Source: a virus
Lineage: Duplodnaviria > Heunggongvirae > Uroviricota > Caudoviricetes
Reading direction: 5' to 3' (one strand)
Length of the DNA: 64,000 bases
Virus record (IMG/VR): IMGVR_UViG_3300028887_000098
Position numbers and translations under genes: made by a program. Position 1 is the first letter of the stretch. Every line of letters starts with the position of its first letter. Shown piece by piece: positions 1-10,546 of this stretch. The notes beneath the pieces are model-generated. The model was not told where the DNA came from. It made no database searches and saw nothing but the letters and a program-made list of their open reading frames with translations.

Positions 1-214
1 ACAAGTCTATATTTTCTTGTTCACAAAGCTTTAAAATCCATTGATATAGTTCTTTACCTTCAGGAAGCCACTCCATTTCTTCCCAAAATTCAGGTCCTGC
101 TTGGTGAATCACTTCCCACTTGACCTTGTTACCGTTAATGCATTCATATTTTTCGCATTGTCCACGAAAATTAACGATAACACCGTCCATATCAAGAAAA
201 ATCTTATCAATCAT
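1..214 (-). CDS. HAD-superfamily hydrolase (5'-nucleotidase-like), N-terminal part; gene continues beyond window start
   Basis: Reverse-complement translation from the ATG at 212-214 gives MIDKIFLDMDGVIVNF..., containing the HAD motif I (hhhDxDGVh). Not in the ORF track because it runs off the window edge. Confidence 0.5.
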   Translation of the reverse strand, partial: MIDKIFLDMDGVIVNFRGQCEKYECINGNKVKWEVIHQAGPEFWEEMEWLPEGKELYQWILKLCEQENIDL

Positions 215-228
215 ATCTTTATCCTATA

Positions 229-918
229 TTATTTATAGATAAAATCAGAAGCTATTAATCCAAGCGGATGTTCATCAGTCTTGGTTATAAAAACCTCCTG
301 TATATATTTTGGTTGGTTATTTAGATTTTCAATACCAAATTTAAGCTTTAACTCTAATCTTAAAGATTCACACAAAGAAAATGCGTCAATAATATCAGAA
401 GTTGGTGCTGCACCTTTTTTACCATCTTTAACTGGTGGTAAATCAGAAATATCTAATAAGATATTACCATAACTCTTCTTTTCATTCATTTCAAGAAGAG
501 TATCTCTCATTCTAATTTTATCAGCATTACCATAAGTAGAGAAAATCTTTTTATTTTGGTTTGGTGGATAAAATCTGAGTTTTTTACCATCTCTAAACAG
601 CATTTGTTTAATATATCCTTCAAATTCAGCCAAATCAAAGACTTTACCGCTTTTACCACGTGATAATGCAAATGCTTCAACTGCAATATAATCACAGTCT
701 TTACACCAGTCAAGAATTCTATCTTCTAAAAAACTATAACGTTGATAAACATTATTATAATCTTTATAGCTATAAAATTCTATACCAGGTAATATAGCAT
801 TTTTCTTTACAGTTGTAAATCCATGTCTTTCTAATTTAGTAATATTGAAATTTTCGTCAACTTCTTCAATGACAACACCCGAACTAGTTATGGAAAGATC
901 AGCTCCAGCTATTTTCAT
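229..918 (-). CDS. RuvC-like Holliday-junction resolvase
   Basis: N-terminus KIAGADLSITSSGVVI resembles RuvC ILGIDPGSRVTGYGVI. An internal AVEAFA acidic motif and a C-terminal DIIDAFSLCE (RuvC D-A-x-D-A-x-A-I-like) are present. The three catalytic acidic residues are spaced as in RuvC. Confidence 0.55.
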   Translation of the reverse strand: MKIAGADLSITSSGVVIEEVDENFNITKLERHGFTTVKKNAILPGIEFYSYKDYNNVYQRYSFLEDRILDWCKDCDYIAVEAFALSRGKSGKVFDLAEFEGYIKQMLFRDGKKLRFYPPNQNKKIFSTYGNADKIRMRDTLLEMNEKKSYGNILLDISDLPPVKDGKKGAAPTSDIIDAFSLCESLRLELKLKFGIENLNNQPKYIQEVFITKTDEHPLGLIASDFIYK

Positions 919-967
919 ATTTTCACCTTTTTGAATAAACGTTTTTCTATTTATAAATATTTATGTT

Positions 968-2302
968 ATGGCAGTGAAAAATAAAATAGATCTTCAAAAT
1001 ACCCCGCTTACATTAGAAACTTATAGAAAAGTTGAGCAAATTACTGTTCCTGATGTAGATCCATCAAGCGATAGCAGCAGTAGTGATGAAAGTTCAAGTG
1101 AACAAGAAACACTTGATGAAAAACTTGTAAATGAAAAATTCATAACACCTATGGAATATTACAATAAAGCTATGTCTAATAACGAAATGGCTTATGCAGG
1201 TGAAAATGAACAAGGCTATCATAAAATTGGTAAAAAAACTAATAGTAATACTCAAAAAATAGTTTGGTTTTGGGTTGAAGATTTAAAAAATTGGTGTTCT
1301 TATACAGTAAGTATGGAATTTTCAGGAATTAATACTTTTATATTAAATGTTTGGAATGGTAAAAACGGTTGGATTCCATTATTTTATGGAAATAGCATGT
1401 GTTTTGTTGATTATGCTGTAGATACTACTGGAATAAGATTTTATCAAAATCCTATAATTAAAGATTTACTTTATGGCGATTATTTAACTGATACAGAAAG
1501 ACAAGGTAAAAATTATAAAAATGTAATTTTTCGTAATAGAAGTATTAATACAAGAATTGCAAAAGATGCAGATGGTAAAGCAGTAGAAACACCAAATCAT
1601 ATTGCTGAACATATTAGTCAGATTGACATAATATTTAACCAAGACCCAAAATTAATGTCATCATTAGAAACAACAGTTGCATTTAAATTGCAAAAGAATG
1701 TAAAATATACAATTAATAATGGTGATGGTTTTCAGACATATCGTTGGTCAACAAATGCACATTTATCTAATGATGTAGATAATTTTCCATTTATGCAAAT
1801 GGATAATAAAAATGGTGTCACAACTGGTGTTCCACCACTATGGAGATTGCCAACTGGTGAACTTTGTTTATGCGTATTTTTACAATGGACTGGTGTTACT
1901 GGAAATGCTTATTATTATGTAAAAGATGATTCTATTGGTTATTTTAGAAAACAATATACTGAATCATTAATGGGAGATAATGAAACTGAATCTAATAGAT
2001 TAATGGGTGATGATCCATTAGCTGCAGCAAATTGGATTAATACTTTATGTGCACAATTTTTTGGCGATGGAAATAATAAATCTATTCAGACAGATTGGTT
2101 AAGAAGTGATAAAGAAATTTTTGCAAAAAATTCTGCTTCGAATTATTCATATACAGATACGTCAAATATGCTTGATTCAACTAAAACAAATGAACAGCAT
2201 AATATAAATAAAGAAAATGATTTAAAATGTACTTTTGTAATCAATCGACCATTAGTTACAACCGAAGAACCTGAACAGATTGATTATGTAAGAAAATGGT
2301 AA
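968..2302 (+). CDS. hypothetical structural protein (tail/baseplate region)
   Basis: 444-aa ORF with an SD site. It is translationally coupled to the 1657-aa ORF that follows (4-nt gap). No recognisable motif. Confidence 0.3.
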   Translation: MAVKNKIDLQNTPLTLETYRKVEQITVPDVDPSSDSSSSDESSSEQETLDEKLVNEKFITPMEYYNKAMSNNEMAYAGENEQGYHKIGKKTNSNTQKIVWFWVEDLKNWCSYTVSMEFSGINTFILNVWNGKNGWIPLFYGNSMCFVDYAVDTTGIRFYQNPIIKDLLYGDYLTDTERQGKNYKNVIFRNRSINTRIAKDADGKAVETPNHIAEHISQIDIIFNQDPKLMSSLETTVAFKLQKNVKYTINNGDGFQTYRWSTNAHLSNDVDNFPFMQMDNKNGVTTGVPPLWRLPTGELCLCVFLQWTGVTGNAYYYVKDDSIGYFRKQYTESLMGDNETESNRLMGDDPLAAANWINTLCAQFFGDGNNKSIQTDWLRSDKEIFAKNSASNYSYTDTSNMLDSTKTNEQHNINKENDLKCTFVINRPLVTTEEPEQIDYVRKW

Positions 2303-2305
2303 TAT

Positions 2306-5300
2306 ATGGAATCTTTCGTTTTTAATAGTTTTAAACAGAGACTAATGGAATCAGATATTTCTTTATCTGGTACTTGGTATGCATATCCTGTTAATTCTAA
2401 ATTTATTGATGACTATGGTGATAAATTAAAATATTTAAAAGATACACACGATTTACGTTTGTTCTGTCCAGATAGTGCTGTAAATTTACAATTTTTTGAT
2501 GATGGTATTGGTACTAATCAGCATTTTTATAGAACTGATATGGGTTCGCAATATTATACATATACGTCTATGTATGAGACCGATGTTCCATCTGAACCAT
2601 ATTATGTTACTTTAAATAATATTAAAGCATTTAATGAAGAAAATCCAGGTCAAGAACATCTTGAATCATTGTTTTTAAAACAAGATGGTAAATTTTATAG
2701 ACCAATAAGTGATTCAGATCCGACACCACGTGGTTTCTATTTTATTAAAACTTCTGAAGAATTATTATGGTGCGCCAATAAAGTAAATGGAACTAATTTT
2801 GATAATACAATCAATATTGTTTTAGGTGACAATATTGGTACAAATGTAATGGTAAAAGATGTCAATAATAATGATGTTCCATTGAGTAAAGAAAATATTG
2901 ATGAATATTTTAGTAAACTTAAAAAAATTGGTTATGGAATTGGAACGAATCCAGCACAACCATTTAATGGTATTTTCTTCGGTAATGGTTTTAAAATTCT
3001 TAATATTGATTTAATTTGTAATAATGATATCAATGGATTAATTGGTTATCTTGGTTATAATGGTTGGATTTCAACTATTATAATTGATGGTGTTAACATT
3101 GTTGAATGTAAAAAAACAATTAATATTGACCATTTAGTTTATGAAGGCACTGATGTTTGTGTCGGTATATTATGTGGTAAAAATAATGGTAAAATAGAAA
3201 ATATTGTCGTTAATGGTGAAATAATTTTCAAAGACTTTATTCCAAGTATATATAGTACAAGGAATAAGACAGAAGATGTAAATGCTGTAGATAATGATAA
3301 TTATCCTTATTATCCTGATTTTTATTGCTATGATTCATTAGGTAATATTGTTCCATATATTGGATATTTTAACGAAGGCGTTTTTGCTACATATTCTGGT
3401 TATAATTTAAAAGATGACGTTTTTTATCTTTATTGGAACACAAGACCAGCTAATAATTTAACAATAAAAGATATAGTAGAAAGCGTAACAAGTCCATGTG
3501 AATGGTATTATTGGAATGGTTTAGGACCAGATACATCTGATTATAAAATTCCTGGTTATTTTATGTATTTTACAGCATTACCAAATAGACGTAATGTTTT
3601 ATGGTATGATGCTAATATTATTACAAAAACGAATGATGATTTAAATTCTTTGAAATCACCATCTATTTCAGATATTGGTTTATTTGGTTTTAATTATAAA
3701 GACCCAATGACTCCGCAATCAATGAAAGGCATTGCTAATGCTAATTATTTTAATAAATCTATTAAATTAAATCAACAGAATAGAGCAGCATATTATGTTT
3801 CTCCATTATTAGGTTTAAATAACAATATAATTAACGGCGTAAGAGTTAATGCAAAGCTTTATACATCTGGTACTTTTGTTGGATTTATGGGCGGTATTGC
3901 TGGTAAGCAATGTTATGGTAATTTAACAGATATTATTAGTAATGTTTCTGCATTAGATATTTGTAATGAAACAGGTTCAGAACTTTTTTATAAGCGTAAT
4001 ATTTTAGAAAATGAAAATTATTCTTTTACAAAAAAGAGTATTAAGAATATTTCTAGTTTATTTGGTTCTTGCGTAGTTGGTAATCTTCATTCATTATTCC
4101 TTAATAGTGTAAATTCTTATTTAACAAATTATAATAATGTAGTATTCCCGAAAAATTCAAATGAACCGGAATATGACGATTATTATTTCTTAAATAGATA
4201 TGGTGCATTAGCTGCAATAGTTGAATATAATTCAACTAATATTAGTGATATTTGGCGTGATAATGAACAATTAAATAATATTGTAAATAAATCAATTTTT
4301 ATTACAAATTCTACATTTGGTTATAAAGAAGAAAAATGTTCTGATAGTAATACATATGATTTATTAATGCCATATGAGCTTATTGATAATGATACATATG
4401 TAAATCCTACAGCTAAAGGTAAATATATGTTTGGTATTGCATCACCATTGATTGCAGAAATCAAACCAACATATTTATCTGTTCCGTCTATTATTTCAAC
4501 AGTTTATGAAAACGGCGGTCATAAATTAACTCAATCAGAAGATGAAAAAACTGATTTTAATACTGTTGGTCTTTTCGGTGTAGATCAGAATTTTGCAAGT
4601 AATTATGTAGATGGTAATTTCTGGTCAATCAATATGGAAACAGATTTGCCAGGTGTTGCAAATTCAGGTTTACAAATAGAAAATACATATTGTGGTATTG
4701 CAGGTGGTGTTATTGACCGTTTAAATGTAACTGCAGGTGAAAATTTTGACCTTAATATTCAAAATATTGCTTCTAAGTTAATATCTTGGAATGGTTGTAA
4801 AGTTGTTAAAAATTATGATAAAGATTTGAATTCATTATCATCTATTACAGTTCCAGCTGCAGCAGCAATAGAACCAGCAACATTTGTAACATCTGATGAT
4901 ATTGATATGAAAACTGGTAAAATAACTGATGAGAATATAATTCCATCAGCATGCGGTGATCTTGAGAATATTCCAGATGGTGCAATTGCAGCAACTAAAT
5001 TTAGAGGCGTATATGATTATGCTGCAAATAAAGTTGTAAATACATATCCATATTTTGGTTCAGATATAGAACTTGACTTAGTATCTGCAGTAGAATGTGA
5101 TCCGATATTAAAAACAGATTTAACACAATTAAAAAATACAGTTATTTCATTTAGTGCAAAAAATCAGTTATATTGGAATTATAAAGATTTTAACTTTGAA
5201 AGAAGCCTTTTTGCAGATAAGACTAATCAACCTACACCTTATAGATGGTTGGTTAATAATGTTACTGATGTTGTATTTAATATAAATTCTGACGCATTTA

Positions 5301-7279
5301 AATATCAACCATTTACAGATGTTCCATTAACTAGTCTGGAACAAATTCAAAATTATTATGGTGATATTTATGTTAATACAACTAAAGGTAGATTAGATCG
5401 TTTTGGTAAAGGTGATGAAGTATTTGATAAAATAGTAATTTGGGATTTAAATGAATTTTTTGAAGGTGGTTTATATCAACCAACAAAATATTTTGACTTT
5501 CCTGCATTAAGTGGTTTTGTATTTATAAATGATAATACAAAAAATGAAGAAAGTACGGATGAAAGACGATATTCAGTATTTGTTATTCCATTTAATATAT
5601 TACCATTTGATAGAAAAGTTGAAGATATGATAAATCCTCCATATAGTTTCTTTGAAGGTTTTTATGTTCAATGCTGGAGAGAAAAACGTGGTGATAATAG
5701 AAAATATGAAAATATGTTAGGAGAAAAACCACATCCAAAAACAGGTAAAGTTTATTATCCATATAAAAAACGAAATTATCTAATACCAGAACCAGACTCA
5801 ATTAAGGTTAGATTACAAAAACAGTATTTTATTGGTTATGATGATGTTGGTAACGCATTATATACAGAACCTGATGTATTACCTACTTTAACAACTGCTT
5901 ATTTAACAACACAACGTTGGACATTAGATGATAATGGTAATCCAATATTTGTTGAACGTAAAGATAACGGTTATCCGCAATGGGAACCAATTCCGACAAC
6001 GTTAGAACCTAGCGCTGCTTATACAGGATATTTACCACTTATACCATCTTCTTATGGTAATAATTGTATAAGTTATTTAAGTGCTGTTATTTCAGCAAAT
6101 GTTTCTGCAACACCAGAAGAATTCTATTTTATTAATGGTGAGGATGATCCAACAGATGAATCAGCTATGTATGTTGTTAAAAATTATCAATGTTATGGCT
6201 ATCCAGAATCTAATACTGCAAGATTAACAAGCCGTGATAAAATTAATTCTGCAGTTGATCCAACATATCGATTAGTTATGTCGGCTGTTGAATTAAGAAA
6301 TGTTCCATCTGCATTTTGGAACTGGCAAACTGATTTTGAAACATATTTTTCAAGTGCATTTTATGATAATGAAGAATATGTAGAATCAGAAGCAGTAAAA
6401 CATGGTATAGCACCAGGATATACTCAATCATTAACAGGTCTGGAATATTTAAATGCAGGTAAGTTTAATGATTTAGCAAATCCATATGATTATGAATATT
6501 CTGGTATAAATTATTGTGGTGGTCGTTCTGATGCGCCGCCAGTATGGAAATATGTTGGTGATGGCCAAGCAGTTGAGAAAATACCAGATTCATGGACTGC
6601 AACAGATACATCTGGTAAGTTCCATACAAATTTATTACCAAGTAATAATGTAAATGGTTTAATTCCTACTACTGAAGATAGAAGTATATTTGACCCTTCT
6701 ACTTTTAGTAGTGTATTATTTAATAATTTAGATATAACTGCAAAAGAAAAGATAGAAAATAATATAGAACTTGCAAGTCAGGATGCGGCACATGGAACAA
6801 ACTACTTTAAATATACTTATACAAAAAATCCAGGTGAAAAAATAGAAAAAATTGAATTACCAGTTAAGTTCGATTATAAGAATGGAAAACGTGGATTCTG
6901 GTATAATGCTGGTGTTGTCACAAGTGGTGATTATGAATATAATGATAAGGTAAATTATTATGGTAATATTCTAGCTATTGGCAAGACATTAAGTCAGCAT
7001 TCTATTTTGAATAAGTGTTTAACAACTACTGAGATGAGTTGGACAGTATCTGGTTTTTCCGCTGATGATTTTGAAGGTTTGTATATTACAGATTCTGCAC
7101 ATAAACCAGTAATGTATATTGATGTTGGTTTAGGTGAATGTTCTGATGGAACATCTTGGTCATTTAGTAGTTATCCGTCTGTAAATTCTGCAGATTATAT
7201 CACTGAAACAGATCCTGAAGCAGCATATATAAATGCAATGAATACTAATTGTTCTGGTTTATTATTGGAGATTGAATAA
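2306..7279 (+). CDS. very large structural protein (1657 aa), probable tail fibre/baseplate component
   Basis: Long N/G/Y/T-rich ORF typical of fibre or baseplate proteins. Sits in a block with other virion genes. ATGA overlap with the next ORF. Confidence 0.4.
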   Translation: MESFVFNSFKQRLMESDISLSGTWYAYPVNSKFIDDYGDKLKYLKDTHDLRLFCPDSAVNLQFFDDGIGTNQHFYRTDMGSQYYTYTSMYETDVPSEPYYVTLNNIKAFNEENPGQEHLESLFLKQDGKFYRPISDSDPTPRGFYFIKTSEELLWCANKVNGTNFDNTINIVLGDNIGTNVMVKDVNNNDVPLSKENIDEYFSKLKKIGYGIGTNPAQPFNGIFFGNGFKILNIDLICNNDINGLIGYLGYNGWISTIIIDGVNIVECKKTINIDHLVYEGTDVCVGILCGKNNGKIENIVVNGEIIFKDFIPSIYSTRNKTEDVNAVDNDNYPYYPDFYCYDSLGNIVPYIGYFNEGVFATYSGYNLKDDVFYLYWNTRPANNLTIKDIVESVTSPCEWYYWNGLGPDTSDYKIPGYFMYFTALPNRRNVLWYDANIITKTNDDLNSLKSPSISDIGLFGFNYKDPMTPQSMKGIANANYFNKSIKLNQQNRAAYYVSPLLGLNNNIINGVRVNAKLYTSGTFVGFMGGIAGKQCYGNLTDIISNVSALDICNETGSELFYKRNILENENYSFTKKSIKNISSLFGSCVVGNLHSLFLNSVNSYLTNYNNVVFPKNSNEPEYDDYYFLNRYGALAAIVEYNSTNISDIWRDNEQLNNIVNKSIFITNSTFGYKEEKCSDSNTYDLLMPYELIDNDTYVNPTAKGKYMFGIASPLIAEIKPTYLSVPSIISTVYENGGHKLTQSEDEKTDFNTVGLFGVDQNFASNYVDGNFWSINMETDLPGVANSGLQIENTYCGIAGGVIDRLNVTAGENFDLNIQNIASKLISWNGCKVVKNYDKDLNSLSSITVPAAAAIEPATFVTSDDIDMKTGKITDENIIPSACGDLENIPDGAIAATKFRGVYDYAANKVVNTYPYFGSDIELDLVSAVECDPILKTDLTQLKNTVISFSAKNQLYWNYKDFNFERSLFADKTNQPTPYRWLVNNVTDVVFNINSDAFKYQPFTDVPLTSLEQIQNYYGDIYVNTTKGRLDRFGKGDEVFDKIVIWDLNEFFEGGLYQPTKYFDFPALSGFVFINDNTKNEESTDERRYSVFVIPFNILPFDRKVEDMINPPYSFFEGFYVQCWREKRGDNRKYENMLGEKPHPKTGKVYYPYKKRNYLIPEPDSIKVRLQKQYFIGYDDVGNALYTEPDVLPTLTTAYLTTQRWTLDDNGNPIFVERKDNGYPQWEPIPTTLEPSAAYTGYLPLIPSSYGNNCISYLSAVISANVSATPEEFYFINGEDDPTDESAMYVVKNYQCYGYPESNTARLTSRDKINSAVDPTYRLVMSAVELRNVPSAFWNWQTDFETYFSSAFYDNEEYVESEAVKHGIAPGYTQSLTGLEYLNAGKFNDLANPYDYEYSGINYCGGRSDAPPVWKYVGDGQAVEKIPDSWTATDTSGKFHTNLLPSNNVNGLIPTTEDRSIFDPSTFSSVLFNNLDITAKEKIENNIELASQDAAHGTNYFKYTYTKNPGEKIEKIELPVKFDYKNGKRGFWYNAGVVTSGDYEYNDKVNYYGNILAIGKTLSQHSILNKCLTTTEMSWTVSGFSADDFEGLYITDSAHKPVMYIDVGLGECSDGTSWSFSSYPSVNSADYITETDPEAAYINAMNTNCSGLLLEIE

Positions 7280-8181
7280 TGGCAAAACAACAAGTCTTTA
7301 ATAGTTTTTTAAAGTTATTGATGAGTGGAAAGGAAAAGGAAGAAATTTATAATAAAATGAGTTTCGACCTTTGGTTTTGCTCTAAAAATATAAATTTCAG
7401 CAATGATTTAGATGATAGATTAGGCAATTATTTTGATGCAAATAATTCTAAGCAGATTCTATATATTGGTAATCTTGGAAATATGGAAATTCAAAATGTA
7501 TTTAGTGAAGATGGCTTACCAACTGAAGATTGTTACCAATCTAAAGGTTTTTTGAATATTCCAGCTTCTGCTTATATTTTTTCAAAACATAATTATCCAA
7601 GAGATTGCAGAGTTGATCAAGATTATAATTATATGGGTTATGATTATTATGTTGAAGATACAACATTAAAACTTGATTCAAATCAAGTATTTATGGAACC
7701 TAAAAATAATTATGATATTACCACACTTTCTGCAATGGATTTTTATGAACATGACGTAAAACCGACATGGCAGAATATAGGACCTTATTTTAAAACTGAA
7801 TATGGTTTTACATCAGGTTATGATGATAAAGAATATTCGATTTATAATATTGAAAAAATACCGTTAGTTGAAGACCAATTTAATGTTTATTCAAATAATA
7901 CTAAATTTGATATTCAATCTACTAATATTATAGGTGGTGCATTTTTAGTAACTTGGTATGATGGTGAGAGAGCTAATGTATATAATGATAACGGCAAAGA
8001 AGTTCTTGAAGAACTTAATCAAGTTACTAAGCAAAAAAATCCATTGATTTATGCAAATAAGCCTACTGAACCACAAAATTCAATTTTAGTCAGTTATACT
8101 GAATTACCGAAGACATTTAACTTAAATAAAATGACGATGAATATACAATGGTCAGAAAATGGCTTATTTTCAATAAAATAG
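7279..8181 (+). CDS. hypothetical protein (possible fibre-associated/structural)
   Basis: 300-aa ORF coupled by start/stop overlap to the 1657-aa ORF. Confidence 0.3.
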   Translation: MAKQQVFNSFLKLLMSGKEKEEIYNKMSFDLWFCSKNINFSNDLDDRLGNYFDANNSKQILYIGNLGNMEIQNVFSEDGLPTEDCYQSKGFLNIPASAYIFSKHNYPRDCRVDQDYNYMGYDYYVEDTTLKLDSNQVFMEPKNNYDITTLSAMDFYEHDVKPTWQNIGPYFKTEYGFTSGYDDKEYSIYNIEKIPLVEDQFNVYSNNTKFDIQSTNIIGGAFLVTWYDGERANVYNDNGKEVLEELNQVTKQKNPLIYANKPTEPQNSILVSYTELPKTFNLNKMTMNIQWSENGLFSIK

Positions 8182-8183
8182 AA

Positions 8184-8191
8184 TATAAATA
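8184..8191 (+). promoter_or_regulatory. T4-type late promoter box TATAAATA
   Basis: Exact TATAAATA about 65 nt upstream of the 8257 ATG. Confidence 0.35.
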
Positions 8192-8256
8192 AAATATGCG
8201 AAAAATATAGAAAAAATACCTTTTCTATAAAAAACGCAAATATTTTATTATATTTT

Positions 8257-8775
8257 ATGTCTATATACAGTAAGAGCTATACACAGGGTATATATAATCC
8301 AAAGAGACCAGAAAAATGTATAAACATTAATGGTGCTATGGGTACAACATGTAATACAATTACATATCGTAGCAGTTGGGAATTAAAATTTATGAAATTC
8401 TGTGACAAGTATGATTCAATACTTGAATGGGGTTCGGAAGTTTTAAAAGTTCCATATATATCAGAAGTCGATGGTAAGCAACATACTTACATTACCGACT
8501 TCTATTTTGTTTGTAGGGATAAGACTGGAAAAATAGTAAAATATATACTTGAAGTAAAACCAAAATCACAAATGCCAAGACTTGATGAATGTGGTCAGAT
8601 TCTTTATCCAGAACCACCAAAAACAAAAAGTCAACGTGCATTGAATGCTTGGCAGGAACGTTGCAATGTTTTAAGAGTTAATAATTCTAAATGGCAAGCA
8701 GCTCGTAAATGGTGTAGAGAACATGGTTTTATATTCAAAGTGTTGACAGAAGAAGAAATCGGAATAAATTACTAA
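8257..8775 (+). CDS. hypothetical protein with PD-(D/E)xK-like motif
   Basis: The spacing YRSSWE ... ITDFYF ... ILEVKP resembles an E / D / ExK nuclease-fold core. Otherwise unrecognised. Confidence 0.3.
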   Translation: MSIYSKSYTQGIYNPKRPEKCININGAMGTTCNTITYRSSWELKFMKFCDKYDSILEWGSEVLKVPYISEVDGKQHTYITDFYFVCRDKTGKIVKYILEVKPKSQMPRLDECGQILYPEPPKTKSQRALNAWQERCNVLRVNNSKWQAARKWCREHGFIFKVLTEEEIGINY

Positions 8776-8813
8776 TATAAATATATTTAAATAAATTTAC
8801 TATATTTGAATTT

Positions 8814-9365
8814 ATGGGAGTTTTTGATAATTTAAAAGACGAATTTAATATTGAAGAAGCAGAGTCACAAGTTAACTCTGTGATTTCTACTGCTAATGAA
8901 AAAATTGAAGAAGTCAAAGAAGGTATAAAGACACAAAAATATACCATTGAAGATAAGGAATATATTAAAGCTGAACTTCAAGACTTGATTGCTTCTGACC
9001 GTGAAGTTATGGAATCTTTAAAAGATATGATTGTTAACGGTGCAGGAACTCCAAATTTATATGCCGTTTATGCAACGGTTTCTAAATCTGTCAGAGAGAA
9101 TGTTCAACAGCTAAAAGAACTTTGTAAGGATATTACAAATTACCAGGTTATTGAATCTAACGAAGAATTCAAAGAAAAAGCCTTGGCAAGTAAAGAAAGA
9201 CTTGCAGAAAAAAGACTTGCTGGTAAAAGTAATGGAAACAATGCCCCTGGACAGATTACTCAAAATAATACGTATATATTTAATCCAAAAGAACAATACG
9301 AAGTAATGAAAAAATTAGATATACCGGCAGTTCAAGTAGAACATCCGGAGTTTGATTTGTCGTAG
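8814..9365 (+). CDS. hypothetical coiled-coil protein
   Basis: 183-aa acidic, heptad-rich ORF. Confidence 0.3.
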   Translation: MGVFDNLKDEFNIEEAESQVNSVISTANEKIEEVKEGIKTQKYTIEDKEYIKAELQDLIASDREVMESLKDMIVNGAGTPNLYAVYATVSKSVRENVQQLKELCKDITNYQVIESNEEFKEKALASKERLAEKRLAGKSNGNNAPGQITQNNTYIFNPKEQYEVMKKLDIPAVQVEHPEFDLS

Positions 9366-9373
9366 AGGTAAAA

Positions 9374-9676
9374 TTGTTGTTTTCTGTATATTACAAAATA
9401 GAGCATAGGGAAGAATTTCTCAAAAAGCATTTTGATAAGGTATTCAAGACTTATACTGCAGAAGAAAAAGAAATTTCCATCGACAGACTTACTGATTTGA
9501 TGGAATTAATGGTAAATATGTTGTTAACGGGCGATAAATGTGGACTTTATGACCTTTTAACTAAGAAAAATACAAAATCTGCCAGAGTTTTCTTCAATTA
9601 TTTGACTTGTTCAAACATTCGTAGTATAAATAAAGAAATGATTAAAGATAGAATTAATGAAATCTTTAAGATTTAA
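9374..9676 (+). CDS. hypothetical protein
   Basis: 100-aa ORF with an SD site (GAGG). Confidence 0.3.
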   Translation: MLFSVYYKIEHREEFLKKHFDKVFKTYTAEEKEISIDRLTDLMELMVNMLLTGDKCGLYDLLTKKNTKSARVFFNYLTCSNIRSINKEMIKDRINEIFKI

Positions 9677-9685
9677 GGAAAAAAT

Positions 9686-10498
9686 ATGAAAAATATTAAA
9701 GAAATGTTGGATGCAGTTGTCAAACCGATTAAGCTTGGTGGAAGCTCTCTGTTTTCTAATTTTTTAACTGAAGAGTCAGATTATGAAGGTTCTAAAATTT
9801 TAACAGAAGAAGATGATCCATTTGCTGCAGGTGGTGCAGATGCAGGTGGTGGCGATGCAGGCGGAGCAGACGCAGGTGGTGGTGCTGATCCATTTGCTGC
9901 AGGCGGTGGTGCTGGTGGCGATGCAGGTGCTGATCCATTTGGTAACAATATGGGTGGCGGAGCAGATGCAAGCGGTGCAGCAGGCGGAGATGGTAACGCT
10001 GACGGTAATGCAGAAGGTGATGATGACGAAGATAAAGATTCTGATGAAAATCCGGCTTTAACTGACGGTTCTCATGACCCAGACCCAGAATTTAACCAAG
10101 GTCAGACTGACCCGAATGATGTTACCTTATCTAAGGATGCATCAATTAATAACAAGTTTAATATCACTGATATTATGAAGACAGTTGCAACTGTTATTCA
10201 GACATTAAGTGAAGACCAGCTTGTTGAAATTGAAAAAGTTAAGAATGACGTTGAATTAATTTTTAATGGTTTCTTGCTTAACGATGAAGATTTGGATTTT
10301 GAAAATGTCACTAATGCAATATTCTTAATTGAAAAAATTGCTGAAAAGTTAGACATTAAAACAAAGAACTACTTAATCAGAAAGATGAAAGAACCATTGA
10401 TTAAGAAACGTGACAGCATTAAACAAGATATTGCCACTAAGAAGGGTGAACTTAATAATGCTCGTGACATTCTTACAAAACTTGATACTAAGGTATAA
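9686..10498 (+). CDS. hypothetical protein with Gly/Ala/Asp low-complexity repeat region
   Basis: Residues about 45-115 are (G/A/D)n with two 'DPFAAGG' repeats, encoded by imperfect GGTGCAGATGCAGGTGGTGG repeats. The C-terminal half is ordinary globular sequence. Confidence 0.4.
   Translation: MKNIKEMLDAVVKPIKLGGSSLFSNFLTEESDYEGSKILTEEDDPFAAGGADAGGGDAGGADAGGGADPFAAGGGAGGDAGADPFGNNMGGGADASGAAGGDGNADGNAEGDDDEDKDSDENPALTDGSHDPDPEFNQGQTDPNDVTLSKDASINNKFNITDIMKTVATVIQTLSEDQLVEIEKVKNDVELIFNGFLLNDEDLDFENVTNAIFLIEKIAEKLDIKTKNYLIRKMKEPLIKKRDSIKQDIATKKGELNNARDILTKLDTKV
9830..10030 (+). repeat. imperfect short tandem DNA repeats (GCAGGTGGTGCAGATGCAGG-like) encoding a Gly/Ala/Asp tract
   Basis: Seen directly in the sequence. 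It is a GC-rich island in an AT-rich genome. Confidence 0.5.
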
Positions 10499-10502
10499 AA
10501 AG

Positions 10503-10529
10503 AAAAACCGGCCAAAAAACCGGTTTTTT
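10503..10529. terminator. bidirectional rho-independent terminator
   Basis: AAAAACCGG-CCAAAAAA-CCGGTTTTTT hairpin between convergent genes. Confidence 0.6.
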
Positions 10530-10546
10530 ATTTTATTAAATATTTT

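Noticed and set aside
9830-10030. Short direct repeats as a possible CRISPR array
   Set aside because: Repeats are imperfect, contiguous without spacers, and in-frame within a coding sequence (Gly/Ala/Asp tract).
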